From Salisapilia sapeloensis CBS 127946 (Eukaryota; Protista; Oomycota): a stretch of DNA of 64,000 nucleotides. Shown in pieces: positions 1 to 11,570 of the stretch. Position 1 is the first letter of the stretch. Every line of letters begins with the position of its first letter. The stretch is taken from NCBI GenBank assembly GCA_023334545.1, contig JAADVB010000073.1, positions 8,327 to 72,326 on the forward strand. Direction: 5' to 3'. The notes beneath the pieces are model-generated. The model had not been told where the DNA came from, made no database searches, and saw nothing but the letters and a program-made list of their open reading frames with translations. Position numbers and translations under genes: made by a program.

Positions 1-498
1 TACGAAGTGACCATCCAACGTCGACTCGAAGACTCTGGTCACTCGCAGTATAGTCCGTTGTCGCCACCTATGACGACACCGACTTACACTGTGAGTCGAA
101 GCTTGCGAGACTTCAAGAGGCTGCATGCGGGACTGAAGCCTCTCATGGGTTCAGCCTTGCCATCGTTCCCGAGCGAAAGTCTCTTTGCATCCATCCTTGG
201 CGAAAATGCGACTACGCTTGAGAAGAAGCGTCCAGAGTTGGAAAACTTGTTGCGCATCATGGACACGCATCCTGCAGCGTCCGACGCAAGCGAGTACCTG
301 GACTTCATCTCGGATAAAGAGACTGTTCCTCGACCGCACAACCAAAAGTGTGAATCCTCCATGAATTTAAAAAACTGTACGATGGAGTGTCGACTGGTGG
401 AAGACCTTTTCTATTTGGATGTACTACGTCCGGAGGCACGTGATGACATGTATATGCTCCAAATCCCACGACGGGCTCGACAGTGCAGTCTCTACTAA
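1..498 (+). CDS. PX (Phox homology) domain protein, 3' part (gene begins before the window)
   Basis: Frame is open from base 1. YEVTI...YTVSRSLRDFKRLHAGL...LPSFP...LEKKRPELENLLR...YLDFI fits the PX pattern (V.R.Y.DF..LH..L, LP.FP, R...LE.YL). The 3' end may be spliced differently. Confidence 0.6.
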   Translation, partial: YEVTIQRRLEDSGHSQYSPLSPPMTTPTYTVSRSLRDFKRLHAGLKPLMGSALPSFPSESLFASILGENATTLEKKRPELENLLRIMDTHPAASDASEYLDFISDKETVPRPHNQKCESSMNLKNCTMECRLVEDLFYLDVLRPEARDDMYMLQIPRRARQCSLY

Positions 499-1536
499 AG
501 TGCGCGTACCGAACGTCAAGTAAATTATGTGATACAAGATAGAAATGCATCCCCCAATTCAATGCCTTTGTTCATTCCATGCATTCATTTATGCTAGTGG
601 AAGCATCTGTAACTGGGTACGGCATCGGTAACTTGTTGCCAAGCATGTCAATGAAAGTAGTATAATCGTAGTCGGTGCATTCCACGATCGTGATGGCGGG
701 ACAGCCACATCACAATGAAGAATGTAGCGTCGAGGCCGGAACGTTCCTACCTCTTCGTTTCTTCTATTCCCGTGTTCCTACGTGGCTCGTGGGTACATGG
801 TAGTCAGTGCCTTTGTAGATTTCCGCACATGCGTATTTATCTTAAATGTTTGCTTAGTAGGCTCGTATTTTATTTTGCTGTCGATGCATTATCGAGGTAG
901 ACTTGAAAGTTTAGTGCATACCACTATGATTTTCCTACGGCAAGCACACATCTGATAGGACCGTGTCTGGCTGTTGGAGCGGAAGAGGATTACAATGTGC
1001 GACAAGGCAAAGTAACTGGCCTTTTATTGTATGAAGGGGGAGAAAAAGCCGAAAGTTGAGAGAGGGCGAGTGCCTCAGATGTCTATTCGACCTGGGCTAC
1101 ATACTGGTCGACTGGAAATCCGGTCATGTCCAAAAAGTCATCCAATTTTCTTCCTGTCATCTCTTCTCGCCTTATATGCGACGATAAGGATAGCATAACG
1201 TCATACTACACTTTGTATTTCCTTTGCCTCGCACACGTGTGATCAGCAACCACCACGACATGCAATTCCTCGATCGTGACGTCTACTGCTATGTTACCGA
1301 TTGAGGAACAGGTGGTATTTCCAAGGAGCACCTTGTTTGTCATAACCATCGGACACTCTCTACCATTTCCATGTGTAAACCATCCAAGCTTTCTGGCAGC
1401 ACGTACAAGCAAACCTTCCGGCAAAATCTCAACCGGACCGGAACAGTATGGGTAAGTCGCATGCACCGTCGTTCCCATCGATACGCCCAGTCTCTAACGT
1501 TCTTACGTCTTGTTCATTTAAAAAATATTCGTCGCC

Positions 1537-3077
1537 ATGAACACACTAGCCGAAGTCCCCCTGTACGTTCACATCTCCTCCCGACGTTCCGTAGAAGTGT
1601 CTTATTGTTTACGTAGGAAACGCGAGAGGGAGAATTCTGAAGGCGACGTCGTCCAAGCCGCTCGAGAGCAACCGAGTGAGCCGCAGAAAGCCAAGCGATG
1701 GACGCAAGAGCAGGTATATATTCTTGTAAGCACTGTCGCAAGCACATACATCATCCTTCCATAGGACGATGCGCTTCGTGACGCCGTCGATAAGTACGGG
1801 AATAAAAATTGGAAGGTGCGTCTACGATGTCCATTGCTGACAATGCCATACTCAAGTCTATTCGTAGCACATTGCAACCTTTGTACCTGGTCGCAACCAC
1901 TCGCAATGTCTCCAGCGCTGGACGAAAGTGCTCAAGCCTGGTCTTGTCAAAGGCCATTGGTCGTATGAAGAAGACAATGTGCTGGAAAAGATGGTGCTCC
2001 AGGGATGTCATGCGTGGGGTGAAGTCGCTGAACAAATTCCTGGTCGAACGTACGTTAGTGTAGTATAGTACGACAAGCACTTGTTGACCCATGAACTAGT
2101 GCCAAGCAATGTCGAGAGCGATGGCGCAACCACTTAGATCCGTCCATTAACAAGGGGTACGACTTGTTACGTCCATCGTCTAGGATTCCTTTATAATCGT
2201 ATCTTCTAGACCATTCACAGAAGAGGAAGACGCGCGATTGAAGCAAGCGTTTGAACAGTACGGCAATCGATGGACGCAGATCGCAGAGGAGCTACCAGGG
2301 CGGACGGAAGACGCGATTAAACAGCGCTGGCGAGTGCTCTACCCGAACCAGAAGGCAAGCACGCGTCCAGGTCGACCTCGCTCGATGCCAGGACAGAGTA
2401 CCAACCGGTCTCGCGCGACAGGTCCACCGGCCCCGAGTGAAATCGCTCGTCCGATCCAGGTAGAAGACGCGGCCATGCCGTCTCATACGCACAGTCTCAG
2501 TGCTTTAGACGGTTCTCAGCCTTACTATGCGCATGCACTGTACACAGAGTCGTATGAAGACCACGCAGAGTACGCTCTGTCCGATGGATATAATTACCCC
2601 GACCCGATCGTCCATGACCATGAGACAGAAGAAGTGGACGCCAAAGACGTGGCGATATTGCGTGAATTCCTCCGGTCGCACTCGAGCAACTTGCTGTCGT
2701 TTGGCAGTAGTCGAGCCGGAAACTCGCTGTCGGATCTGTCGCCGGAAGAGCTCTTGGCCAGTGGCGAGCTGGACGATCTACTACGGTCGGTATCGATTAC
2801 CAATCGCGCGTCCGGGACATCGTCTGCCCGGATGTCTGGTTTGTCGACTGAAAGTTTTTCACGAGCGCTACGGAGTATGGGGGGTGAAGAGAAGCAAATG
2901 GTGCAGGATTTACTGGACGCACGGTTATCTAGTGGTAGTTTGGGTTTCCCCGAAGTCTCCGAGGCCGAGCGTCCTGTTCCGATTGCTGACTACGCCTCGA
3001 CGCAAGTGCTAGAAGACGATGAGGACTATGTCGATCCAGCGTTAATGCGTCCGATTCGGAAAGGTGTGCCGTTATGA
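1537..3077 (+). CDS. R1R2R3 (3R) Myb transcription factor, paralog A
   Basis: Hand-spliced with GT-AG introns 1563-1616, 1714-1764, 1816-1867, 2050-2099 and 2157-2209. This gives three Myb repeats: RWTQEQDDALRDAVDKYGNKNWKHIATFVPGRNHSQCLQRWTKVL; GHWSYEEDNVL...WGEVAEQIPGRTAKQCRERWRNHLDP; PFTEEEDARL...GNRWTQIAEELPGRTEDAIKQRW. Confidence 0.92.
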
Positions 3078-3306
3078 TCAAAGTCGAGACCAAATAATTT
3101 CTATCTTTTCTTTCCTGTCGTCGTCTCGTCTGTACTTGAAGTTGTCAATTGTCTTGTAGAAGAAAACATCTTCAGGCGCTGACGTAGCAGAAACGAGATC
3201 TGCGGTCTAGAACACAAGAGATCAAGGAGGTAGCATGACAATGAATCGAGACCAGTACTTTTTTCTTCTATTTTGCAGTTATTTCTAGATTGCATCCTCA
3301 TCGACC

Positions 3307-4603
3307 ATGAGTAGGGGGGATCTTGTCATTTCAGGAGACTGCGGTGGTACGAACACGCGTCTGTCGCTATGGCTCATTCCACGCACGGCTCGACACTTCT
3401 CCGGTACGTCTGACACATCTACATCGTGGTGAGATTTTTCTGACAAGAAGGATAGGAAATGTTGCCCCGGGGGAGATCATTTACGCGAAAAAGTATGAAA
3501 ATGAAAACCACGCGAGCTTTGCTGAAGTCTGCCACTTGTTCATGTCCGAGGCGAACCTTCAGGGGAAGATCCCTAAGGCCTGCGTCCTCGCATGTGCCGG
3601 ACCGATCCTCCGGAACACCGTGACGTACGTTCTAATCTGTTTTTTTACGAATTCCCTCGACTAATTCGACTATAGATTCACCAACATCCAGGATGGATGG
3701 ACGATTAACGGTCCTGCGCTCCAGAACGAGCTCGGCATCCCGAACGTGAAGCTCATTAACGACTTCCAGGCCATGGGATATGGTCTCCTGACCCTCAAGC
3801 CGCACGAGTACATCGTCTTGAACGAAGCCGAGGCAGAGGAAGGTGCTCCGAAGGCGACCATTGGCGCTGGCACGGGACTCGGTGAATGCTACTTGACGGC
3901 CGGTAACGACGGCGAGTACTCTTGCTACGCCTGTGAAGGTGGTCACACGGACTTTGCGCCCGCGGATGAGCTGGAAATCGAGCTGTACAACCACATCAAG
4001 GAATGGCTTGGATGCGAACGTCGTTTCTCGGTCGAGCGTATCCTCAGTGGCCCTGGCTTAGCGACCATCTACGACTTCCTCCAGCAAAAGTACCCGGATA
4101 AGGTGAACCCGAACATCCGAAGGGAGTTTGATGAAGCGACTGCGTTCAAGGCTCGAGTCGTTGGCACGTACGCCAAGTCCGACGAGCTCTGTGCGCAAGC
4201 GATGGACATCTTCGTCGGTGCGTACGGCCGAGAGGCTGGTAACGCCATGCTCAAGTACTTGCCTCGTGGTGGTTTCTACATCACGGGCGGCCTTGCGCCG
4301 AAGAACTTGGACTTTTTCACGAAGAAGGACACATTCTTGAAGAACTGCTTCGACAAGGGTCGTGTCAGCCCTGCGCTGGAAGCCATCCCGATCTACCTCG
4401 TCTTGACTGAAGACTTGGGCGAGCGTGGAGCCCACTTCTATGCGTACCAGCTCTTGCGTACGCACCAGCAGCGCATCGGACACGTTGACAACGCCCCTGG
4501 TGTTGACCAGAAGTATGCGACTTCGAACCACCTCGCGCTCTACACGGCCATTGCCGCGACTGCTGGTGCGGTTGGAGCTGCACTCTCGGCTGCCCGACGT
4601 TAA
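3307..4603 (+). CDS. glk: Glucokinase, bacterial Glk-type, with hydrophobic C-terminal tail
   Basis: N-terminal ATP-binding motif ISGDCGGTNTRL; ACVLACAGPI; LINDFQAMGYG; GAGTGLG; EGGHTDFAP; SVERILSGPG; GGFYITGG. Two short introns lie in the 5' part. Confidence 0.92.
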
Positions 4604-4733
4604 GTCGAGGTATCATGGACATGATAATGGACATCAACATGAAACGTGAAATTGAGGTGAAAAGGAAGTGTTTATATCTTTGGTCTTGTGTTTAACTCTG
4701 CTATCTGACCTGCCATTTTGTCTTGGAAGTGCT

Positions 4734-5971
4734 CTACTCTTCGATAGTTAAGGGGGCAACCTTCACCTTTCTAGGAGACACTTTACTCGAATTGGTGCCA
4801 GGATATACACCCTTGAAATTACTTCCACTATTTCCTTTGGGTCCGCTTCCATGCGTTGATGACCTTTGTTCACGTTCACGAGCTGCTCCAAGAACGATGA
4901 AGCTTACAAATAGGTAAGAGACGACTAGAGAAGTGTGGGAAGCGACGGAAGCAGCACGTTGGCCGTTCATAACAATAGATGAAGTGTCAGTGGTATTCTC
5001 GACGGTGTACTTGTACGTGGCTGCCACCATACCACAATAGTGCGTACCACAGACAGCGAGTCCCATGATGACACCACTTGCAACACGGAGTTTGTTGTTG
5101 TAAGGGAAAAACGTCAGCTAGGAGCAGACATTAGGCTGTTATTCGTCACATGACTATGCAGATGAGAGAAGAGTATACCACACGAAAGATGATCCAGAAT
5201 GCAGCACTAGCCGCGACAAGTGCGATGACGGTGGAGAGGCCAATGAAAAGATGGTCAAGCTCCATCTTGATATGGGATCGTTGAGCGAACATACCCAAAT
5301 AGTGCATGCTGAGGACACCAAAAGCAGCAAGAGCACCTCCCAGAACTGTGTAGTGGAGCCGAGAGAAGAGGGCTACAAACTTTAAAAAGATCAGCGTGGT
5401 TTTAAATCATAGATGAGAGATGTGGTAACCTTTATCTTTTTTCCAACTGCCTCCTTGTTCACGATCGTTGACATCTTTATATTCTTCATCTTCTGTGCAA
5501 TTAACGACTTGCGGTGTTCTGTTTCAATTATAGCGTATATTGGGTCCCTGGAAGCGATGTAGAGGCCACCGAAGACTCCTACGACGGCGCTGACAAAGGA
5601 GAGGATCGTATAACCTACTTCAAAGTCCATCGGGAGAATTGTTCCATCGGAAATGACAAGTTGAAGCGCGGTCATGCCAGTAAAGTGCATCGCCCAAATA
5701 GCGCAACCGCCTAAAGCGTGCGCCGCGACGCATAGTATCATTAGCTTGCGCCACTTCTCTGATTCCTCGCGCCATTGCTCCATTAACTGCAAAGCTACAT
5801 AATTCGAGTTTATGAATGCTTTATGGGTTTATATTCTAGTTTTGATAAAAGATTTTACATACTGCTGTAGCTTCCTGTGAAGGAAATGACAAAGGACAGG
5901 AAGATATTTCCCGCGTCCCATACTTGTGTGATTATTTCGCCTTCAACTTCCGTGATTCCTGAGTTCGACAT
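4734..5971 (-). CDS. MHYT-domain integral membrane sensor protein (three MHYT repeats, no output domain)
   Basis: Spliced minus-strand exons give WDAGNIFLSFVISFTGSY...GGCAIWAMHFTGM; GVLSMHYLGM; GLAVCGTHYCGM, each inside hydrophobic helices. This is the MHYT repeat signature. Confidence 0.85.
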
Positions 5972-6154
5972 GATGGTTTCTTTCTGACAACTGTGTGCAC
6001 GCCACAGTGTGCCAAGCAATATTGAGCTATTATAAGAATGTAATTTATATAGTTTAGTACTGCACAAGTTTCTAATAATACTTTGTCGGATCCCCCACGT
6101 GCAAGCATAATTGTCAAGTGCAGATAGTTATCTACCAAATAATGCTATGTAATC

Positions 6155-8750
6155 TCATGCTTTCCGAGCCAGTAGCTTTAGAAAAGGATTTGGCTTCGCA
6201 GCTATTATATGGTACAGCACGTCCGCGTTGTTTGCATCGCAACGGTCAATGATCTGTATCGCACCGTTGTCCGCTTGCTGCTGTTCAATCCAATGTACTG
6301 TTGATTCACCAGCAATTAAGAGGCTCTTCATCGTGTGTGATTGTATTCTTTTCTCCCAAAAGCTTAACAACTTTCTGGATCCGGTTTCAAATTCACGACA
6401 TTCCGTTACTCCAATCGGACCAACCCACACGACAGTTGATTCTCCCATTTCCTCTATCCTGCTAATCAATGAGTTTACTGAAGTTGGACCTATATCAAAG
6501 GCTCTGTCCATCCATTCAACCCCTCTCCATTCACTTAAAACATTTGCTTGATCCATGTCAACTGATCCAGCTTCCATTTCTTCATCAGCCTGACTATCTG
6601 AAGTTGGTTCTAGCAGACTAGTTTTCCCATCAACTACGACGAAGTGGTTTAAAAGATTCTCATCAATGTTGTGGATGGAAACCCAACAACCTTGGTCAGG
6701 GTTCTCAGCATCTGAAAGAGATACTTGAGCAATATCTCCGTCAAAGGACCAAGGACGTTCTGGCGAGTCCGATTCCGCAGGTTCTGTTAAACTTTTCTTC
6801 TTCTTCTTCGATCGTTTTGCTTTCACGCCTTCGTCGCTATCTTCTTCATGCGAATCATTATCATCCTCATCGTCAGCAGGAATGTGTTCTTGGTCAGAGA
6901 GAGCATATTCTCCAACCAAAAATTCTGCTGGAAGGAGAATATCCACACCATGACGATTTGCCTTTTGAAGCAGCTTTGATATTGCGGGAATAAGTGGATT
7001 AAAGGTAGACGATCTTGCTTCATATGGAAGCCTTTTAAATGTTAAAGCAAGGTAGAATGTTGCTGCGAGTTGGCCTGCTATGAAAACAGTTTGAACGATA
7101 TCCATCAGACTATCGATTAGGCGAAGTTTCCTCTCAATTCCTACTCCACCAATGATAGCGATACCATGTCGGTCGCGACAACTCGAAGGAATTTTTAATA
7201 GGTCGTTCCAGCGACTGACTAACGGTTTTAAGCTAGGGCCAAGGACAACTTGTTTAGATCCGTCCGTACCTCGTGTTAGCATTTCAAATAGCAACGCATG
7301 ACGCTTGTCTGGAAAGGTGTCGAAAACGACAGCGCCAACTGCATTCTTAAGCTTTTGGGCAAGTGATGCACCCTGCCTTACTTGCTCCATCGTTAAGTTT
7401 TTTGTCGTATGCTCATCATTAGAGCAATTGGTTTCACCTACTGGTAATTCAGCCTCTATATTTGCCTGATTCAGGATAGAATAGTCTTGCTCTTCAACTT
7501 CAATGGCCTTGTCAATATGCTCTAAAAGTATAACACGAGGTTGTTCGTCATCGCTTAGTGTTTCCCCGTTGTTGTTATTATCCAGTGCTTCGATTTCCGT
7601 GTATGAGCGACAAAATTGAACCTGCACACCCAGCTCTCTCGCCAGCATCTTCGCCGCTGGCTCCAATGATAATTTTGCTGACATTTCAGCCAAGATCTCT
7701 GTTTCAGTCACATTTCTGGCTGCAGCGTTTGCCTTTAAAACGCTCTTTACCTCGACATTTAAAGGCGGAGTTCGGTGCTTACTTATAACTACAATTGGGC
7801 TGCTACTCTCTGAAGCTTCAATAAGCTTTTGAAGCGAACGAACCACATTTGCAAGCTTTTTGATTTTAGCAGGTACAAACTTTGGATGCTGTAGTAGTTC
7901 GTCTGAAAATTCCCACTCCAAGAGCTTCTTCTCTGTATCTGAATCTCCTTCCTTATCATCTTCTTCATCTTTCGTGTCGTGGTTTGTTTCGTTTGTATCC
8001 TGCGAATCTCCAGTGGCCTGGACTTCTTTCAATGAATACCAGTGCGCTAGGTCGCTATCTGCGAAACAGAGTACTGCACGCTCAATCATGTGCTTGCTTT
8101 CTGTGATGAAGGTTTCAGGATCGGTTCGATGAATAACACGTTTGTTCGTACATTTCAATTCTAAAATTATTCTATTTCGGTTAATACAGCAGCCTCCACC
8201 TTTTTTGGTGGTAACGACAGGGATTCTAAGGAGAGCAAACGATGTAGATCCAAGCTCTGGAATTGTCGTCGTTCCTGCGCGTACTTAACGTCAACCTCGG
8301 TGTCCATTTGCACAGCGTGATCAATGGAGGTGACCAAAAGGTTCGAGACCCGCTTGTTTAAAGCTACTTTTTCTTCACCCTCTAGACTTGATATGTTGTA
8401 AAGAATCGGAACTTCAGCGCATAGATCACTTATGGCTAGTGAGACAGCACTTTTAAAATTCCCAGAGCTGTAAGGTGCGGTGCACGCAGCATAATAGAGC
8501 TTTAAATAATCTTCATGGTATCTTAGATACAGCTGTGCCATTTCTTCTTGAAGCTCATGCTTCTGAGACTCAATATTTTCTCTTTTGGATAGTTTTGCTG
8601 GTGCAAGTGCCGGCTTTTCATCCACTTCACCTGCAATTGTTTCGTCTGCGTTACTTTCGTCATTACCCCCATCTTTTACCTTTTCTTCTTCGTCTCCTTC
8701 GTCCTCTTCTTCCTCTTCTTCTTCCTCTTCCTCTTCCTCTTCTTCTTCCG

Positions 8751-8787
<37 letters not shown>

Positions 8788-10895
8788 CTCTTCGTCATCT
8801 TCCAATTCGTCCTCTAAAGCCAATACATGTTTTAGCTTTTTATTAATGTTGTTCCACATTCGACGATTCTTGTCTTCTGCCTCTTGAGTAATCCGTTGAA
8901 GCGTGTCTAGTGAAAAGTCCCAGTCCTCTGGATAAGGATTCATCAATATAGTTGGTACACATAATTCTTTTTCGGCGACGCTCGTTTTCTCATCATTTAC
9001 TGCTTCACTTGCTTCCCCTGTTTCTTCCTGAGTTTCCATTACTTCTATGCTCTCACTGACTTCTTTAACATTTATTGCCGCCTTAGCTTGATGATACAGT
9101 TCTTGACAACATGAAATGAACGACTCTGAGTAGTACACATCTTGATGAGCAGAGTTCTTGTCGTAAAAGTCGCGAGCCGAATTACATAGATCTGGAAACG
9201 TGAGGTGGTGTTTGGTCACTATGTTGTCAATTATGTTGCACAACAGCGTCCTCGTCATCTCTTGAACTGTATCGCGCTCAGCCTTTAATAGTGCTTCCTC
9301 TCTTTGCTTTTGAGGTCGGAAGGTGTCGACTACCGAGCAGTGCAGCTCCACCATAGCAACGTCTTTGTGATTCATCGCATTGGTAGATGTGTCACTGTAC
9401 AAGACCAATGGTCTCGGTGAGACGTCGAGGATCCACTTCTCCAAGAACATACCAGTCGTAGAAGACTGGAAACTAAACGTGACAGCCTCATGCTCACCAG
9501 GTTGAACGGATCCCGACAGGTGAGAAATGGATGTGTATGAGCCAGGCTTTAATTTGTCGTCTTGAAAATCGAGGCCACAATACGGTGCTCTAGACCATTG
9601 GAAAGATAGATCTGTGGTGCCTTCATTCGATACGACAATGGTCCGAGACTTTGTTTTGCTGATGGTCGAATCAAAGTCAAGACGAACAATTGCCATCTCT
9701 TGGCTGTTTTCAGGATTGTTTACGGTGGTCGGGCGTTGATAGCTTTCGCCATTTTCTAGAGTGACTATGCGAAGGCACGGGCCAACGTCTTGCACTTCAT
9801 CCGCCATATCATCCACATCTTTTTCTTCTGCTACTTGACTGGTGTCTTTGTTAATATCTACGTGAAGTTCGTCGTGGCGCGTTCGCTGTGCCCAGGCGAA
9901 CAGATCTTCGGTTACAACGTTTAGATGATCACTATGTATGGACGTTGTGAGGTTCCTGCTTGCAGAATAATATTGTAAGCATCGACGTACCTACTGCTAC
10001 TCGGAACTTCATATGGCTGTATCAATCGTAATTGCTTTCTCATTCGCCTCTTTTGCTTTTCAAGATAGTTATCATTGTGCTTTGTATGTCCTCCTTTGTT
10101 GCTTATGTCCTGCTGGCCATCCAGTGGGCGTCGAACGCGCGGCCCCAGAGATGCGCTTGGGCGTATCGGACAGAAGAGTCCACTGAAGATATTTCCGACA
10201 GGTACATAACGAGTTCCGTCATCCCTTAGATTAGCCATCCATCCATCTTCCCCAAACTTCTCTTCGATCGGGCGAGCTCTTTCTAGCGCATCGTACGCTT
10301 CAATTTGCTCTCGATATGCAGTAGACTTACTCATCACAAGTTCAGATGTGCTCTTGCCTAGCTTCTTAGCTGTCCTAACGGAAAACTTTTCCCATACTTT
10401 GTTAATTTCTTGCCATTTCTTTAATACGCGTTCTTGTCGCTCTTGTTCGGGGCGAACATCCTTTGGCAGCGACCGAATCCATCGAGCATAAGATTTATCG
10501 GATAATTGTTGATGTTGAAGATCCTGCTCAGTGGTAGTCAGATTAACACTACGAGTACTACCTTGTCGAACAGGTGACTCCTTGGACGGTGAGTTAACAC
10601 TTCGGTAATCACGTGAAGATTGATTCGATGCTGAATTAGCTGCTTCCTCTTCATCAGATAGCTCATTACGCTCAGCGAGCTTCTCAGCAAGATAGTCACC
10701 ATAACGACGTCGATCATCTTCGTTCCCGAGAATTGCATAGGATGGCACATCATCGATTGAATCAGGAAGTATATCAAGATCTGGTTTTGGAATAACGATT
10801 GGAACAGGCTCTTCTTTCTTTATCTTCCTCGCAACTACAATTGACCGCTTAGGTTTTGCGATTTTCTGCGGCTTATCTTCCACCGCTTTCATCAT
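6155..10895 (-). CDS. MYCBPAP: MYCBP-associated protein (MYCBPAP/FAP147-like) with ASH/Ig-like domain, poly-Glu tract and C-terminal degenerate phosphoglycerate kinase domain
   Basis: Three long minus-strand ORFs (9921-10925, 8167-9816, 6155-8158) join in frame through predicted introns 9990-9956 and 8240-8161. ORF1 carries QERVLKKWQE...ELVMSKSTAYREQIEAYDALERARP...GNIFSGL (MYCBPAP-like). ORF2 carries TIVVSNEGTTDLSFQW...SGSVQPGE...FSFQSSTTGMFLEKWIL (ASH/Ig-like). ORF3 follows the PGK motif order (KRVIHRTD, IIGG, DIGP, VVWVGPIGV). The second junction is the less certain one. Confidence 0.7.
8683..8812 (-). repeat. Low-complexity GAA/GAG tract encoding a poly-Glu/Asp linker
   Basis: A (ttc/ctc)n run on the + strand translates on the minus strand as [40 protein letters not shown]. 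Confidence 0.9.
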
Positions 10896-11107
10896 GGCGA
10901 GTAAATGAAAAGCGAGGCGTTTCAACTACAAGAATATGCCTCTGATCGTTTCCACAGCATACTCTAAAGAAAACCTTTTATGAGATGTCATCGTTTCTGT
11001 ATCAAAAATATGATGGCTTATCCGCGTCAAAGAAGTCTATGCATTTAAAGCGAAAGCCTGATAGGAACCACAATAAAATGCATGAAAAGCTCTGTTGTCG
11101 AAAAATA

Positions 11108-11180
11108 TGCCGCGACCCGGGATCGAACCGGGGACCTCAAGAACTTCAGTCTTGCGCTCTCCCAACTGAGCTATCGAGGC
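11108..11180 (-). tRNA. trnF-GAA: tRNA-Phe (GAA), copy 1
   Basis: 73-nt cloverleaf GCCTCGA TA GCTC AGTTGGGA GAGC G CAAGA CTGAAGT TCTTG AGGTC CCCGG TTCGATC CCGGG TCGCGGC A. A and B boxes are intact and a T-run lies downstream. Confidence 0.96.
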
Positions 11181-11409
11181 ATACATTCTGGGTTAAAGAT
11201 GTATTATATAAATACGTAAATTTTGTATAAGTAACCTAAACAACTATCCCCTGCATTGATAGACGCTTAAGTCCGCTTCTGTAGAGGTTAGATACATTTA
11301 GAGATAGCCGAGCTTGTAAAAGCCATTACTTCAAGCAGAGCTTGCTGCTCATTGCATTCACAGCGACTTCCCACCGAAGTGCAAATAGGAATTTACTTCA
11401 ATAGCTTGG

Positions 11410-11570
11410 TTTGTCGACCGCGGACACCACCAAATGCTTTTCATACTACGGATGTGAACATCAATATCCATGTCTTCATCTGATAGCGTTTATGTTGCCC
11501 AATAATTACATTGACGAGTTTAGTCAGGTATGTACGTCCATCTCTGTAGGCGCCCAATGCCTGGAATAAA
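11410..11570 (+). mobile_element. Possible decayed SWIM zinc-finger fragment (MULE-like transposase remnant)
   Basis: A short frame reads TTKCFSYYGCEHQYPCLHLIAFMLPNNYIDEF, resembling CxC...PCxHxxA followed by YIDEF. It is degenerate and short. Confidence 0.3.

Noticed and set aside
500-1500. Short ORFs between the PX gene and Myb A
   Set aside because: No recognisable motifs or coherent splice model, so the region is treated as intergenic or promoter.
6155-8158. Calling this ORF a functional phosphoglycerate kinase
   Set aside because: Substrate-binding and catalytic motifs (DFN, HLGRP, HRAH, GGAK, GGGD, GGGAS) are all altered, so it is reported as a pseudo-PGK domain.
8475-8887. Poly-Ser and Leu/Pro-rich plus-strand ORFs
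   Set aside because: They are antisense readings of the poly-Glu codons of the minus-strand gene.
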